Below, piece by piece: positions 61,183 through 64,000 of a stretch of DNA of 64,000 nucleotides. A program made the position numbers and the translations under genes. The DNA comes from an uncultured Gammaproteobacteria bacterium. GTDB taxonomy: Bacteria; Patescibacteriota; Microgenomatia; Levybacterales; UBA12049. The stretch covers positions 71,751 through 135,750 of the forward strand of contig CAZFRF010000001.1 in NCBI GenBank assembly GCA_964521295.1, given 5' to 3'. The notes beneath the pieces are model-generated. The model was not told where the DNA came from, did not search any database, and was given only the letters and a program-made list of their open reading frames with translations. Each line of letters starts with the position of its first letter. The stretch's first letter is position 1.

Positions 61183-61730
61183 AAAATAATTTTTTAGACT
61201 CTAAAGGTTTTACTTTAATAGAGTTAGTAATTGTTTTTTCTGTAATAACAATACTTTCTTTATTTGGTCTTGCTTCATTTGTAAGTTACAGTCGAGTTCA
61301 AGCAATAACTAATGATGCGAATAATATTGTAAATTTAATCAACACTGCAAAGGCAAATGCCGCTTCGCAAGTTAAGCCGTCAGTTTGTTCGGGGACTAAA
61401 GTTTTGCATGGGTATATTGTGGAATTTAATAAGCCAATCAAAGGTGTTTCAAATAAGGGTTATACAATTAATGTTCTTTGCTCGACAGCCACAACTACAT
61501 ATTTAGCTTCTAATTCGCTATCTAGCAGTGTTATATTTGATACTACTGCAAGTGATGCTTTGAAAAGTATTTCTTTTTTTGTTCTTACAGGAGGAATTAA
61601 GTTAATTGATAAAAACGACAATCAATTAATTGGCGATACTCAGTTAAAAGGAACGATAACAATTAAAGGTTATGGATTAACTCGGGTAATTACATTTGAT
61701 AGGCATGGTAATATCACAATTTCTGAATAA
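61179..61730 (+). CDS. Minor pilin (FimT/GspH-like)
   Basis: GFTLIELVIV; C-terminal ITF..HGNI. Confidence 0.88.
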   Translation: MKNNFLDSKGFTLIELVIVFSVITILSLFGLASFVSYSRVQAITNDANNIVNLINTAKANAASQVKPSVCSGTKVLHGYIVEFNKPIKGVSNKGYTINVLCSTATTTYLASNSLSSSVIFDTTASDALKSISFFVLTGGIKLIDKNDNQLIGDTQLKGTITIKGYGLTRVITFDRHGNITISE

Positions 61731-62205
61731 TAAAGGACAGGGTTTAGTAGAGGCATTAGTTGCTCTAGGAGCAGCATCTGTAATTATTGCTGCAATTGCA
61801 ATTTCTGTTGTATCTGCTGTGAATAACTCCGATTACTCAAAGAATCAAAATAAAGCAACTTCTCTTGCTCAGCAAGAAATGGAAATTCTTTCTCAGGAAA
61901 GTAGAACAAACTGGGCGGTATTTAACGCACGTAACGGAAGTTATTGTGCATTTAATCCTAGAGATCTTAAGGCAACTATTGAGGATTGCAACAAGGTAAA
62001 CTCAGCTTTAATAGACAATGTGTTTATTAGACAAGTAGATATTCAAAAAGGAGATTCTACTAATTGCCAGGGAAATATTCAAAATGGAACTAGTGTCAAA
62101 GTAACTGTTAAATGGAATGATGGTAAATGCGATGCCGATGATTATTGTCATTCTGTGTATGTGCAATCTTGTTTTACGAACATTAACTTAACACCAAGTC
62201 CATGA
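61705..62205 (+). CDS. Minor pilin (PilV-like)
   Basis: GQGLVEALVAL; ATSLAQQEME; VTVKW. Confidence 0.85.
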   Translation: MVISQFLNNKGQGLVEALVALGAASVIIAAIAISVVSAVNNSDYSKNQNKATSLAQQEMEILSQESRTNWAVFNARNGSYCAFNPRDLKATIEDCNKVNSALIDNVFIRQVDIQKGDSTNCQGNIQNGTSVKVTVKWNDGKCDADDYCHSVYVQSCFTNINLTPSP

Positions 62206-62852
62206 AAATATTAATTAATAAAAAAGGTTATACTTTAATTGAAGTTTTGGCAGTAATTATTTTAATAACCATTGTTGGATCATTTATTGCGGCAATTATT
62301 GTAATCTCCTTAAGAGGAAGTAATAGAAGTAAAAACGTTAATGCAATTAGGCAAATTGGCGACTATACGATAAATCAAATGACTAAAATGATTTCTTATG
62401 CCGAAAGTTTTGAAGGACTGGCAAATACAGATATCGATGTTAATCCAGATGACAATAGTATTAGTTATGATTTACAGTGTAACCAGTCAAAGACATATAA
62501 TCTTATAAAGATTAAATCTTTCGATCAAGGAACGACTACATTTTATTGTGATCCTACTATTGGTAATAACTTTATAGCCTCGTATAGTGGGTCTTTAGAT
62601 AGTTTACCAACTGAATCGGTTTATAATTCAGTGCGCATGGTTAAATTGGTTGATCCCAGTAGGAACTTCTATGTTACTCAGTGTTCTTTTACGTGTAAAA
62701 AAGATAACATTACTCTCCCACCGGTTGTTGATGTTCAATTTACAATTAGTAATCAAAATCCTGAAAATAGCTCAGACGAACAGGTTTTAGTGGAAAATAA
62801 GGTTACAATTCCTTTTGATGCTACTGCTAGCTTCAGGAATTTGGGAAATTAG
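62202..62852 (+). CDS. Minor pilin (PilW/PulJ-like)
   Basis: GYTLIEVL; C-terminal SFRN. Confidence 0.85.
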   Translation: MKILINKKGYTLIEVLAVIILITIVGSFIAAIIVISLRGSNRSKNVNAIRQIGDYTINQMTKMISYAESFEGLANTDIDVNPDDNSISYDLQCNQSKTYNLIKIKSFDQGTTTFYCDPTIGNNFIASYSGSLDSLPTESVYNSVRMVKLVDPSRNFYVTQCSFTCKKDNITLPPVVDVQFTISNQNPENSSDEQVLVENKVTIPFDATASFRNLGN

Positions 62853-62909
62853 CTTTAAAATTAGTTGACAAAGAGTCTTTTAGATTGCTACTCTATAATT
62901 AGGGATATT

Positions 62910-63767
62910 ATGTTCTTACGTAAAATAAATAACCATAATGGACAGGCTTTACTGATCGTAGTATTAGTCATGGTTATTGCTTTAACTGTGACCCTTTCTC
63001 TTGTTTCTAGATCCATAGTTAATTTGAAAACCTCTCTAGATCAAACTAATTCGCAAAAAGCCTTAGCAGCCGCCGAAGCAGGAGTTGAACAGGCAATAAA
63101 AAACAATGTTAGCTATGGTCAGAGTGAAATTGCTCAGATTAGTGGAGCTCAGTATGCAGCCAAGATTGAGCCTGTTATTGATGAGGGGGGGTTTTTAATC
63201 AATGGTGGAAATGTTTTAGCAAAAAACGAGGGGTCATATGTTTGGCTTTCATCATATAGTACAACTAACCCCTGGAGTGATCCTTGGCCAACTAACAACG
63301 CCTCTGATAATGCAGATGTATACCTTTATTGGGGAGATAATACGGGTGCAGATAAAAACGCAGCATTAGAAGTAATATTAATTTATGGACCAGATAGAAA
63401 TAATGCCTTAACTGAAAGGTACGTTTTTGATCCATCTGCTACTCGGGCTACAACTAATAATTTTAATGGAACAGTATCAAGCTCTGGGTATACGGTGTTA
63501 GGTAAATTCTTTCAATATAGAGCAACGGTAAATGTATCTCAAGGGTTACTCATGCGAGTTATTCCAGTTTATAATTCAACTTATCTTGCTGTTAAAAAAG
63601 TATCAAACTCATCCCCTGCTCTTCCAGATCAAGGTAGAACAGTAATTTCTTCAGGTTGTACTCCAAGTTGCACTACTCCTGGAAGCACCCAAAGAAAAAT
63701 AGTTGTTTATGAGGGATATCCAATTATGCCAGTTGAGCTTTTCCCATATAGTATATTCGCACCATAA
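62910..63767 (+). CDS. Minor pilin (PilX-like)
   Basis: GQALLIVVL lacking Glu5; ALAAAEAGVE. Confidence 0.85.
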   Translation: MFLRKINNHNGQALLIVVLVMVIALTVTLSLVSRSIVNLKTSLDQTNSQKALAAAEAGVEQAIKNNVSYGQSEIAQISGAQYAAKIEPVIDEGGFLINGGNVLAKNEGSYVWLSSYSTTNPWSDPWPTNNASDNADVYLYWGDNTGADKNAALEVILIYGPDRNNALTERYVFDPSATRATTNNFNGTVSSSGYTVLGKFFQYRATVNVSQGLLMRVIPVYNSTYLAVKKVSNSSPALPDQGRTVISSGCTPSCTTPGSTQRKIVVYEGYPIMPVELFPYSIFAP

Positions 63768-64000
63768 TGAATAAAAAAGGATTTGGATTAGATATAGGAG
63801 CTACGTCATTAAAACTTGTTTGGTTAGACAAACAAGGTGCTGGTTTTATGCTTAAAGCTGCTTTAATTAGTCCAATTCCCGCTAAGGGCATGATGTCAGA
63901 GTCTCCGCTTGATGAGGAGGATATGGCACAAGCTTTAAGAAAAGCTGCAGATACTGCTGGTGTAAATACCAAAAAAGTAAACATCGCTCTTCCTGAGAAC
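63767..64000 (+). CDS. pilM: Type IV pilus assembly protein PilM, 3'-truncated
   Basis: MNKKGFGLDIGATSLKLV actin-like motif; ATG overlaps the previous stop codon. Confidence 0.9.
   Translation, partial: MNKKGFGLDIGATSLKLVWLDKQGAGFMLKAALISPIPAKGMMSESPLDEEDMAQALRKAADTAGVNTKKVNIALPEN

Overview
AT-rich, gene-dense bacterial chromosome segment. Gene content and order, the short RF1, many apparently leaderless promoters and a large type IV pilus locus suggest Patescibacteria/CPR (Microgenomates-like); this placement is an inference. The window holds housekeeping genes (rpsF-ssb-rpsR, murB, prfA, rpmE, hisS, dnaB, efp, folD, gyrA, gyrB, hppA), tRNA-Leu(CAA), many orphan ORFs and a pilB-pilT-pilC/pilin/pilD/pilM cluster. 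Two non-coding regions stand out. (1) An intact IS1595-family element (54200-56338, perfect 8-bp target duplication) carries about 1 kb of non-coding cargo that folds on the + strand into a promoter/terminator-bounded RNA with an alternative antiterminator pairing, a multi-hairpin pseudoknotted domain, and a tRNA-like cloverleaf with a Ser-type body but a UAU (Ile) anticodon, set on a 31-bp stem. (2) An 830-bp gap at 27.1-27.9 kb contains an 11-6-11 dif-like site where purine skew and gene orientation flip, near a Xer recombinase whose promoter carries a matching half-site. The octamer TAGCCTCA clusters in both regions. All calls were made by eye, with no database searches.
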